A stretch of DNA of 64,000 nucleotides from the human T2T-CHM13v2.0 reference genome, Homo sapiens. Of the stretch, positions 29,266-40,600 are shown piece after piece. The notes beneath the pieces are model-generated. The model worked only from the letters and a program-made list of their open reading frames with translations. It ran no database searches and was not told where the DNA came from. The position numbers and the translations under genes were made by a program. The first letter of the stretch is position 1, and each line of letters opens with the position of its first letter. Where the stretch lies: NCBI RefSeq assembly GCF_009914755.1, contig NC_060937.1; one strand, written 5' to 3'.

Positions 29266-31430
29266 GTTCTAGTCGGTGAGATGAATGTACACATCCCAAA
29301 GAAGTTTCTATGAATGCTTCTGTCTGATTTATATTGAAGATATTTCCTTTTTCACCGTAGGCCTCAGAGTGCTTAAAATATCCATTTGCAGATACTAGAA
29401 AAGACTGTTTCCAAACTGCTCAATCAAAATAAAGTTCAACTCAGTGAGATGAATGCACACATCACCAAGACGTTTCTGAGAAAGATTCTGTCTCGTTTTT
29501 ATGTGAAGATATTTCCTGTTTCCCCAGAGGCATCAATGGGCTCACAAATATTCCTTTGCATATTCTACAAAATGACTGTTTAGAAGGTGCTCAATCAAAA
29601 AAAAAGTTCAACAGTGTGAGATGAATGCGCCCATTCAAAGGAAGTTTCTCAGAATTCTTCTATCTAGTTTTTATGTGAAGATATTTCCTTTTTCACTATA
29701 GGCCACAAAGTGCTCCAAATATCCACTTGCAGACTCTGCAAAACGAGTGTATCCACACTGCTCAATCAAAAGAAAATTTCAACTGTGTGAGATGAATGCA
29801 CACATCAAAATAAATTTCTCCAAAACTTCTGCCTACTTTTTATGGGAAGATATTTCGTTTTTCAACGTAGGCCAAAAGCACTCCAAATATCAATTTGCAG
29901 ATTCTACAAAAAGACTGTTTCCAAACTGCTCAATCAAGAGAAAGTTTCAACCCGGTGAGTAGAAGTCACACATGACAAAATAGTTTCTCAGAAAGTATCT
30001 GTCTAGTTTTTATGTGAAGATATTTCCTATCACCCCAGAAGCCTCAATGGGCTCACAAATATTCCTTTGCAGATTCTACAAAACGACAGTTTCAAAACTG
30101 CTGAATCAAGAGAAAGGTTCAACTCTGTGAGATGAATGCGCAGATCACAAATAAGTTTCTCAGAATGCTGCTGTCTAGTTTTTATGGGAAGATATTTCCT
30201 TTTCCACCATAGGCCTCAAAGCTCTCCAAATATCCATCTGCAGATACTGTAAAAAGACTGTTTCCAAACTGCTGAATCAAAAGAAAGGTTGAACTCCATG
30301 AGTTGAATGCACACGTCACAAAGAAGTTTCTCAGAATGCTTCTGACTAGTTTTTATGTGAAGATATTTTCTTTTCCACCATAGGCCTCAAAGCGCTGAAA
30401 ATATCCACTTGAAGATTCTACAGAAAGAGAGTTTCAAAACTGGTCAAACAAAAGAATGATTCAACTCTGTGAGATGAATGCACACTTCACAAAGCACTTT
30501 CTTAGAATGCTTCTGTCTAGCTTTTATTTGAAGATATTTCCTTTTTCACCATAGGCTGCAAAGCACTCCAAATATCCCTTTCAGATTCTACAGAGAGAGT
30601 GTTTCAAAACTGTTCAATCAAAAGAGAAATTCAACTCTGGTGATGAATGCACGCATCACAGAGCAGTTTCTCATAATGTTTCTGTCTATTTTTTATGTGA
30701 AGTTATTTCATTTTCCACTATAGGCCGTAATGCACTCCTAATATCCACTTGCAGATTCTACAAAAAGACTGTTTGCAAACTGCTCAAACAAAAGAAAAGT
30801 TCAACTCTGTGAGTTGAATGAGCACATCACAAAGAAGTTTCTCAGAATGCTTCTGTCTAGTTTTTATGTGAATATATTTCCTTTTCCACTATAGGCCGTA
30901 ATGCGCTCCAAATATCCACCTGCAGATTCTACAAAAAGACTGTTTCCAAACTGCTCAATCAAAAGAAAAGTTCAACTCTGTGAGATGAATGAGCACATCA
31001 CAAAGAAGTTTCTCAGAATGCTTCTATCTAGTTTTTATGTGAATATATTTCCTTTTCCACCACAGGCCACAAACACTCCAAATATCCACTTGAAGATTCT
31101 ACAAAAAGAGTGCTTCAAAAATGCTCAATCAAAAGAAAGGTTCAACTCTTCGAGATGGATGCACACATCACAAAGAAGCTTCTCAGAATGTTTCTGTCTA
31201 GTTTTTTTGTGAAGATATTTCCTTTTCCACCGTAGTCCTCAAGTCTCTCCAAATATCTACTTTCAGAATCTCCAAAAAGAGTGTTTTAAAACTGCTGTAC
31301 CAAAGAAAGTTTCATGTCTGAGATATGACTGCATACAACACAGAGAAGTTTCTCAAAGTGCTTCTGTTTATTTTTTTTATGAAGATATTTCCTTTTCCAC
31401 TATGGGCCACAGAGCGCTCCAAATATCCAC
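29266..31430 (-). repeat. HOR copy 9, terminal partial unit with an internal 4-monomer deletion
   Basis: Marker-to-MRSKYP distance is 1515 vs 2188 in copy 2 (673 bp shorter); HOR identity is lost after ~31430. Confidence 0.9.
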
Positions 31431-34400
31431 TTGCAGATTCTACAAAAAGAGTGTTTCAAACCTGCTCAATCAAAAGGAAGATTTTACTCTATGAGATGAA
31501 TGGACACATCACAGAGAAGTTTCTCAATATGCTTTTGTCTAGTTTTTATGTTAAGATGTTTCCTTTTCCATTCCATGAAGTAAAGTGATGCAAATATCCA
31601 TTTGTAGATATTACAAAAAGACTGCTTCCAAACTCCTCGATCAAAAGAAAGGTTCAACTCTGTGAGTTGAATGCACACATCACAAAAAATTTTCTCAGAA
31701 TGCTTCTGTCTAGTTTTTATGTGAAGATATTTCCTTTTCCACCATAGGCCTCAAAGCACTCAAAATGTCCGTTTGCAGACACTACAGAAAGACGCTTTCC
31801 AAGCAGCTCAATCAAAGGAAATGTTCAGCTCTGTGAATTGAATGCACATCACAAAGTAGTTTCCCAGAATGTTTCTTTCCTGTATATATGTGAAGATATT
31901 TCCTTTTCCAATATAGGCCTCAAAGCACTCCAAATATCAACTTGCAGATTCTGTGAAAAGGGTGTTTCAAACTTCCCAATCACAGGAAATGTTCAACTCT
32001 GTGAGATGAATGCACACAACATGAAGAATTTACTCAGAATGCTTCTGTCTGGTTTTTATTTGAAGATATTTCCTTATCCACTATAGGCCACAAAGCGCTC
32101 CATATATCCACTTGCAGATACTACAAAAAGAGTGTTTCCAAACTGCTCAATCAAAAGAAAGGTTCAACTCCGTGAGTTGAATGCGCACATAACAAAGAAT
32201 TTTCTCAGAATGCTTCTGTCTAGTTTTCATGTGAAGATATTTCCTTTTCCACCACATGCCTCAAAGCGCTCCAAAAATCCACAAGCAGATTCCATAAATA
32301 GAGTATTTCAAAACTGCTGAATCAAAAGAAAGTTTCAGCTCTGTGAGATGAATGCACACTTCACAATGAAGATTCTCAGAATGCTTCTGTCTAGTTTTTA
32401 TGTGAAGATAATTCCTTTTCCACATTAGGCCTCAAAACTCTTCAAATATGCCTTGCAGATTCTACAAAAAGAGTGTTTCAAAACTGCTCAATCGAAAGAA
32501 AGGTTCAAGTCTGTGAGATGAATGCACATCTCAGAAAGACGTTTCTCAGAATGCTTCTGTCTAGTTTTTATTTGAAGATTTATCCTTTTCCACAATAGGC
32601 TGCAAAGTGCTCCAAATATCCACTTACAGATTCTTCAAAAAGAGTGTTTCCAGACTGCTCAATCAAAAGAAAGGTTCAACTCTGTTAGTTGAATGCACAC
32701 ATTACAACAAAGTTTATCAGAATGCTTCTGTCTAGTTTTTAGGTGAATATATTCCCTTTTAAACTGTAGTCTGCAAAGCACTCCAAATATTCACTTGCAG
32801 ATTCTACAAAAAAAGTGATTCAAAATTGCTCAATCAAAAGAAGGGTTCAACAGTGTTAGTTGAATGCACACATCACAAAGAAGTTTCTCAGAATGCTTCT
32901 GTCTAGTTTTTATGTGAAGATATATCCTTTTCCACCGTAGGCCCCAAAGCACTCCAAATATCCACTGGTAGAGTCTACAAATGTGCGTTTCAATACTACT
33001 CAATCAAAAGAAACGTTCAACTTTGTGAGATGAAAGCACGCATCACAAAGTTGTTTCTCAGAATGCTCTGTCTAGTTTTTATGTGAAGATATTTCCTTTT
33101 ATACCATAGGCCCCAAAGTGTTCCAAATATCCACCTTCAGATTCTACAAAAAGTGTGTTTCAAAACTGCTCAACCAAAAGAAAGGTTCAAACCTGTGAGA
33201 TGAATGCACACATCACAAAGGAGTTTCTCAGAATGCTTCTGTCTAGTTTTTGTGTGAAGTTATTTCCTTTACCACCATAGGACTGAAAGAGCTCCAAATG
33301 TCCACTTGCAGAATCTACAAAAAGAGTGTTTCAAAATTGCTCAATCAAAATAAAAGTTCAACTCTGTTAGAAGAATGCACACATCACAAAAATTTCACAG
33401 AATGCTTCTGTCTATTTTTTATGTGAAGATATTTCCTTTTCCACTTGAGACTGGAAAGAGCTTCAAATATCCAATTGCAGATTCTGCAAAAGAGTGTTTC
33501 AAAACTGCTCAATCAAAGGAAAGGTACAATTCAGTGAACTGAATGTGCACATCAGAAGGAAGTTTCTTAGAATACCTCTGTGCAGTTATTATGTGAAGAT
33601 ATTTACTTTTCCACCATAGGCCCCAAGGCTCTCCAAATATCCAATTGCAGATTCAACAAAAAGTGTGTTTCAAAACTGCTCAATCAAAAGAAAGGTTCAA
33701 CTCTGTGGGAGGAATGCTCACATCACACACAGGTTTCTCAGAATGCTTCTGTCTTTTTTCTGTGTGAAGATATTTCCTTTTCCACTAGAGGATGCAAAGC
33801 GCTCAAAATATCCACTTGCAGATTTTACAAAAGGGTGTTTCTAAAATGCTAAATCAAAATAGTTTCAAGTCTGTGAGATGAATGCATATATCCCAAAGAA
33901 GTTTCTCAGAATGCTTCTGTCTAGTTTTTATGTGAAGATATAAAATTTTCCACTATAGGCCACAAAGCGCTTCAAATATCCACTTGCATATTCTTCAAAA
34001 AGAGTGTTTCAAAAGTGATGAATCAAAAGAAAAGTTCAACTGTGTGAGATGAATGCACACATCACAAAGAAGTTTCTCAGAATGCTTCTGTCTAGTTTTA
34101 TGTGCAGATATTTCCTCTACAATAGGGAACAAAGCACTCCAAATATCCACTTACAGATTCTACAAAAGCGGTGTTTCAAAACTGCTCAATCAAAACAAAG
34201 TTTCAACTCTGTGAGATCATTGCACACATCATAAAGAAGTTTCTCAGAATGCTTCTGTGTAGTTTTTATGTGAAGATATTTCCTTTTCCACCATAGGCCT
34301 CAAAGTGTTCCATATATCTACCTGCAGATTCTAGAAAAAGAGTGTTTCAAAACTACTTAATCAAAAGAAAGGTTCAACCCAGTGAGATGAATGCACTCGT

Positions 34401-37400
34401 CACAGAGAAGATTCCCAGAATGCTTCTGTCTAGTTTTTATGTGAAGATATTTCCTTTTTCACTATAGGAGGCAAAGCTTTCCAAATATCCAATTGCGGAT
34501 TCCACAAAAAAAGTGTTCCAAAACTGCTCAATGAAAGGAAATGTTGAATTATGTGAGATAAAAGCACACATCATAAAGGAGTTTCTAAGAATGCTTTTGT
34601 CTGGTTTTTATGTGAAGATATTTCCTTTTCAACTATAGGCCTCAAAGCGCTCCAAATATACATTTGCAGATGCTACAAAAAGAATGTTTCCAAACTCCTC
34701 AAAGATATGTTCAACTTTGTGAGTTGAATGCACATATCACAAAGTAGTTTCTCAGAATGCTTCTGTCCAGATTTTATTTGAAGATATTTCCTTTACCAAC
34801 ATAGGCCTCAAAGCTCTCCAAATATCGAATTGCAGATTCCACAAAAACAGTGTTTGAATACTGCTCAAACAAAAGAAAGGTTCAACCCTGTGAGATGAAT
34901 GCATACATCACACAGAAGTTTCTCAGAATGCTTCTGTGTAGTTTTTATGTGAAGATATTTCCTTTACCACCATAAGCCTCAAAGAACTCCAAATATCCAC
35001 TTACAGATTCTACAAAAAGAGTGCTTCAAAACTGCTCAACCAAAAGAAAGGTTCAACTCTTTGTGATGAATGCACACATCACAAAGTAATTTTTCAGAAT
35101 GCTTCTGTCTAGTTTTTATGTGAATATACATCCTTTTCCACTATAGGCCACAAAGTGCTCCAAACACCCACTTGCGGATTCTACAAAAAGAGTGTTTTAA
35201 ACCTCCTCAACAAAAAAGTTTCAACTCTGTGAGGTGAATGCACACCTCACAAAGAACATTCTCAGAATGCTTCTCTCTAGTTTTTATGTGAAGATATTTG
35301 CTTTTCCACCATAGGCCACAAGGCGCGCCAAGTATCCACTTGCAGATTTTACAAAAATAGTGTTTCAAAACTGCTCAAACAAAAGAAAGGTTCAACTCTG
35401 TGAGTTGAATGCACACATCACAAAGAAGTTTCTCAGAATGCTGCTGTCTAGCTTTTATCCAAAGTTATTTCCTTTTCCACTATACTCCACAAAGCCCTCT
35501 GAATATCCACTTGCAGATTCTACAAAAGAAGTGTTTCAAAACTGCACAATCAAAAGAAAGTTTCGACTCTGTGAGTTGTATGCACACATCAGAAAGAAGT
35601 TTCTCAGAATGCTTTTGTGTAGTTTTTATGTGAAGATATTTCCTTTTCCACCATAGGCACCAAAGCTCTCCAAATATCCACTTGCAGATTATACAAAAAG
35701 AGGGATTCAAAACTGCTCAATCAAAAGAAAGGTTCAACTCTGTGAGTTGAAGGCACACATAACAAAACCGTTTCTCAGAATGCTTCTCCATAGTTTTTAT
35801 ATGAAGATATTTCCATTTCCACCATTCTCTCCAAAGTGCTCCAAATATCCACTTGCAGATTCTATAAAAAGAGTGTTTCAAAACTGCTCAATGAAAAGAA
35901 AGTTTCACCTCTGTTAGATGAATGGACACATCACAAAGACGTTTCTCAGAATGCTTCTGTCTAGTGTTTACGTGAAGATATTTCCTTTTCCACCACACGA
36001 CTCAAAGCACTCTAAATATGCACTTGCAGATTCTACCAAAAGAGTGTTTCAAAAATGTTCAATCAAAGGAAAGTTTCAAATCTGTGAGATGTACGCACAC
36101 ATCACAAAGAAGTTTCTCAGAATGCTTCTGCCTTGTTTTTATGAGAAGATAATTCTTTTCCACCATAGGCCCCAAAGGGCTCCAAATATCCACCGCAGAT
36201 CCTACAAAAAGTGTTTAAAAAATGCTAAGTCAATAGAAAGTTTAAACTCTGTGAGATGTATGCACACATAACAAAGAAGTTTCTCAGAATGCTTCTCTCT
36301 AATTTTTATGTGAGGATATTTCCTTCTCCACCATAGGCCTGAAAGCACTCGAAATATCCCCTGGCAGATCCTAAAAAAAAGAGCGATTCAAAACTGCTCA
36401 ATCAAAAGAAATTTTCAAATCTGAGATGAATGCGCACATCACAAAGAAGTTTCTCAGGGTACTTCTGTCTAGTTTTTATGTGAAGATATTTCCTTTTCCA
36501 CCATACTCATCAAAGTGTTCCAAATATCCACTTGCACATTCTACAAAGAGAGTGTTTCAAAACTGCTCAATCAAAAGAATGGTCCAACTATGTGAGATGA
36601 ATGCACACATCACAAAGAAGTATCTCAGAATGCTTCTGTGTAGTTTTTATGTGAAGATATTTCCTTTACCACCATAGGCCTCAAAGCGCTCCAAATATCC
36701 ACTTACAGATTCTCCAAAAAGCGTGTTTCAAAACTGCTCAATCAAAAGAAAGGTTGAACTTTTTGAGATGAATGCACACATCAAAAATAAGTTTTTCAGA
36801 ATGCTTCTGTCTAGTTTTTATGTGAATATACATCCTTTTCCACTATAGGCCACAAAATGTTCCAAACACCCGCTTTCAGACTCTACAAAAAGAGTGTTTC
36901 AAACCTCCTCAATAAAAAAAGTTAAAACTCTGTGATGTGAATGAACACAGCACAAAGAAGATTCTCAGAATACTTCTGTCTAGTTGTTACGTGAATATAT
37001 TTGCTTTTCCACCATAGGCCGCAAAGTGCACCAAATATCCACTTGCAGATTTTACAAAAGCAGTGTTTCAAAACTGCTCAATCAAAAGAAAGTTTCAACT
37101 CTGTGAGTTGAATGCACACATCACAAAGAAGTTTCTCAGAATGCGTCTGTCTAGCTTTTATGCAAAGTTATTTCCTTTTCCACAATACTCCACAAAGCCC
37201 TCTGAGTATCTACTTGCAGATTCTACAAAAAGAGTGTTTCAAAACTGCATATTCAAAAGAATGGTTCAACTCTGCGAGTTGTATGCACACATCACAAAGA
37301 AGTTTCTCAGAGTGCTTTTGTATAGTTTTTATGTGAAGATATTTCTTTTCACCAGAGGCCCCAAAATGCTCCAAATATCCACTTGCAGATTTTACAAAAA

Positions 37401-37620
37401 GAGGGATTCAAAACTGCTCAATCAAAAGAAAGGTTCAACTCTGTGAGTTGAATGCACACATCACAAAGACGTTTCTCACAATGCTTCTCCATAGTTTTTA
37501 TATGAAGATATTTCCATTTTCACCATTCTCTCCAAAGCGTTCCAAATATCCACTTGCAGATTCTACAAAAAGAGTGTTTCAAAACTATTCAATCGAATTA
37601 AAGTTTCTTCTCTTTGAGAA
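31431..37620 (-). repeat. Monomeric (non-HOR) alpha satellite, layer 1 (mostly CTGTCTAGTTTT / AAAGAAAGGTT; SF4/M1-like)
   Basis: 171-bp period continues in phase with no 3.9-kb period; monomers are mutually divergent and carry A-type boxes. Confidence 0.88.
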
Positions 37621-40600
37621 GAATGCACATATCACAAAGAAGTTTCTCAGAATGCTTCTGTGTAGTTTTTATGTGAAGGTATTTCCTTTTACACCATAGG
37701 TCAAAAAGGGCTCCAAATATTCACTTGCAGATTCTACATAAAGAGAGTTTCAAAACTCCTCTATCAAAAGATAGGTACAACGCTGAGTTCAATGCACACA
37801 TCTCAAAGAAGTTTCTCAGAATGCTTCTGTTTAGTTTTTATGTGAAGATATTTCCATTTCTACAATAGGCCTCAAAACGCTCCAAGTATCCACTTGTAGA
37901 TTTTACTAAAAGAGTGTTTCCAACTGTTCAATCAAAATAAATTTACAACTGTGAGATGAATGCACAAGTCACACAGAACTTTCTCATAATGCTTCTGTGT
38001 AGTTTTTATGTGAAGATATTTCCTTTTCCACAATGGGCCTCAAAGTGCTCTATGAGATGAATGCACACGTCAAAAGACATTTCTCAGAATGCTTCTGTGT
38101 AGTTTTTATGTGAAGATATTTCCTTTTCCACCATAGGCCACAAAGGCCTCCAAATATCCACTTGCAGATTCTACAAAAAGAGAGTTTCAAAATTGCTCAA
38201 ACAAAAGATAGGTTCAACTCTGTGATCTGAATGCACTCATCACAAACAAGCTCTTCAGAATGCTTCTGTGTAGTTTTTATGTGAAGATATTTCCTTTTCC
38301 ACAATAGGCCTCTAAGCACTACAAATATCCACTTGCAGATTCTACAAATAGTGGTTTTCAAAACTGCTCAATCAATAGAAATCTTCATCAACGTGTGTTG
38401 AACGAACATGTCACAAAGAAGTTTCTCAGAATGCTTCTGTGTAGCTTTATATGAAGATATTTCCTTTTCCACCATAGGCCTCAGTGCACTCCAAATATCT
38501 ACTTGCAGATTATACAAAAAGTGTGTTTCAAAATTGCTCAATCAAAAGAAAGTTGAACTCTGTGAGATGAATCCACACATTGCAAAGAAGTTTCTCAGAA
38601 TGCATCTGTGTTGTTTTTATGTGAAGATATTTTCTTTTCCACAATAGGCCTCAAGGGGCTCCAAATATCCACTTGCAGATTCTACAAAAAGACTGTTTCA
38701 AAACTGCTCAGTGAAAAGAAAGGTTCAACTCTCTGAGATGAATGCACACATGACAATGAAGTTTCTCAGAATGCTTCTGTGTAGTTTTTATGGGAAGTTA
38801 TTTCCTTTTCCACCAGAAGCCACAAAGGGCTCCAAATATCCACTTGCAGATTCTACAAAAAGAGAGTTTGAAAACTGTGCAATTAAAAGATAGGTTCAAA
38901 TTTGTGATTTGAAGGCACACATCAGAAAGAAGTTTCTCAGAATGCTTCTGTGTAGATTTTATGTGAAGATATATCCTTTTCCACCATAGGCCTCAATGTG
39001 CTCCAAATATCCACTTAGAGATATTACAAAAACAGTGTTTGAAAACTGCTCAATAAAAAGAAAAGTTCAACTCTGTGAGATGAACACACACATCGCAGAA
39101 AGTTTGTCTGAATGTTTCTGTGTTGTTTTCATGTGAATATATTTCCTTTTCCACAATAGGCCTCAAAGTGCTCCAAATATCCACTTGCAGATTCTACAAA
39201 AAAGAATGTGTCAAAACTGCTCAATCAAAAGCAATGTTCAACTCCTTGAGATTAATGTACACATCACAAAAAAGTTTCTCAGAATGCTTCCATGTAGTTT
39301 TTATGTGAAGTCATTTCCTTTTCCAACACAGGACTCAAAAGGCTCCAAATATCCACTTGAAGATTCTACAAAAATAATGTTTCAAAACGCTCAATCAAAA
39401 GAAATGTTGAACTCTGTGAAATGAATGCACACATAACCAAGAAATTTTTTCAGAATGCTTCTGTGTAGCTTTTAAGCGAAGATATTACATTTTCCACCAC
39501 AGGCTGCAACAGGCTCTAAATATCCACTTGCAGATTCTACAAAAAGAGATTTTCAAAGCTTCTCAATAAAAAGATAAGTTCAACTCTGTGAGTTGAATGC
39601 ACACATCACAAAGAAGTTTCTTTGAATGCTTCTGTGTAGTTTTTATGTGAAGATATTACCTTTTACACCATAGGCCTCAAAGCGCTCCAAATATCCACCT
39701 GCAGATTCCAAAAAAAGAGAGTTTCAAAACTGCTTATCAAAAGACAGGTTCAACTCCGTGAGTTGAATGCACACATCACAAATAAGTTTCTCAGAATGCT
39801 TCTGTGTATTTTTTATAGGAAGATATTTCCTTTTCCTCAATATGCCACATAGCACTGCAAATATCCACTTGCAGATCGCACTAAGAGTATTTCCAAACTG
39901 CACAGTCAAAAGAAAGGTGAAATGAATGCACATATTGCAAAAAGTATCTCAGACTCTTTTGTGTAGTTTTTATTTGAAGATATTTTCTTTTCCACAATAG
40001 GCCTCAAAGCTCTCCAAAGATCCACTTGCAAATTCTACAAAAGAGTGTTTCAAAACTGCTCCATCAAAAGAAAGATTCAACTCTGTCAGATGAATGCGCA
40101 CATCACAAGATAGTTTGTCAGAATGCTTCTGTGTAGTTTTTATGTGAAGATATTTCCTCTTCCACCTTAGGCCGCAAAAGGCTCCACATATCCACTTGCA
40201 GTTTCTGAAAAAATAATGTTTCCAAACTGGTCAATCAAAAGAAAGTTTCAACTCTGTGAGTTGAATGCACACATCATAAAGAAGTTTCACAGAATTCTCC
40301 TGTGTAGTTTCTATGTGAAGATATTTCCTTTTCCACAATAGGCCTCAAAGCGTTCCAAGTATCCACTTGCAGATTATACAAAAAGATTGTTTCAAAACTG
40401 CTCAATCAAAAGATTGGTTCAACTCTGTGAGAGGAATGCACACATCCCAAATAAGTTTCTCAGAATGTTTCTGTGTAGTTTTTATGTGATAATATTTCCT
40501 TTTTCCACCGTAGGCTGCAAAGGGTTACAAATATACACTTGCAGAGTATCCAATAAGAGAGGTTCGAAAGTGCTCAATCAAAAAATAGGTTGAATTCTGT

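Larger units (their letters stand above)
1..31430 (-). repeat. Alpha-satellite HOR array, ~3.9-kb 23-mer unit, CENP-B-box-less (probably an inactive SF4/SF6-type HOR of the kind found on acrocentric chr13/14/21)
   Basis: ~171-bp monomers (GAGATGAATGCACACATCACAAAGAAGTTTCTCAGAATGCTTCTG...). The marker pseudo-ORF MQILEKTVSKLL recurs at 121, 4369, 8283, 12197, 16111, 20024, 21730, 25643 and 29386 (modal spacing 3913-3914). The array runs off the left edge. Family and chromosome assignment is from recall, not a search. Confidence 0.96.

Noticed and set aside
1-31430. CRISPR-like or prokaryotic repeat array
   Set aside because: These are contiguous 171-bp tandem monomers with no unique spacers and no cas genes; a primate L1 lies in the same window.
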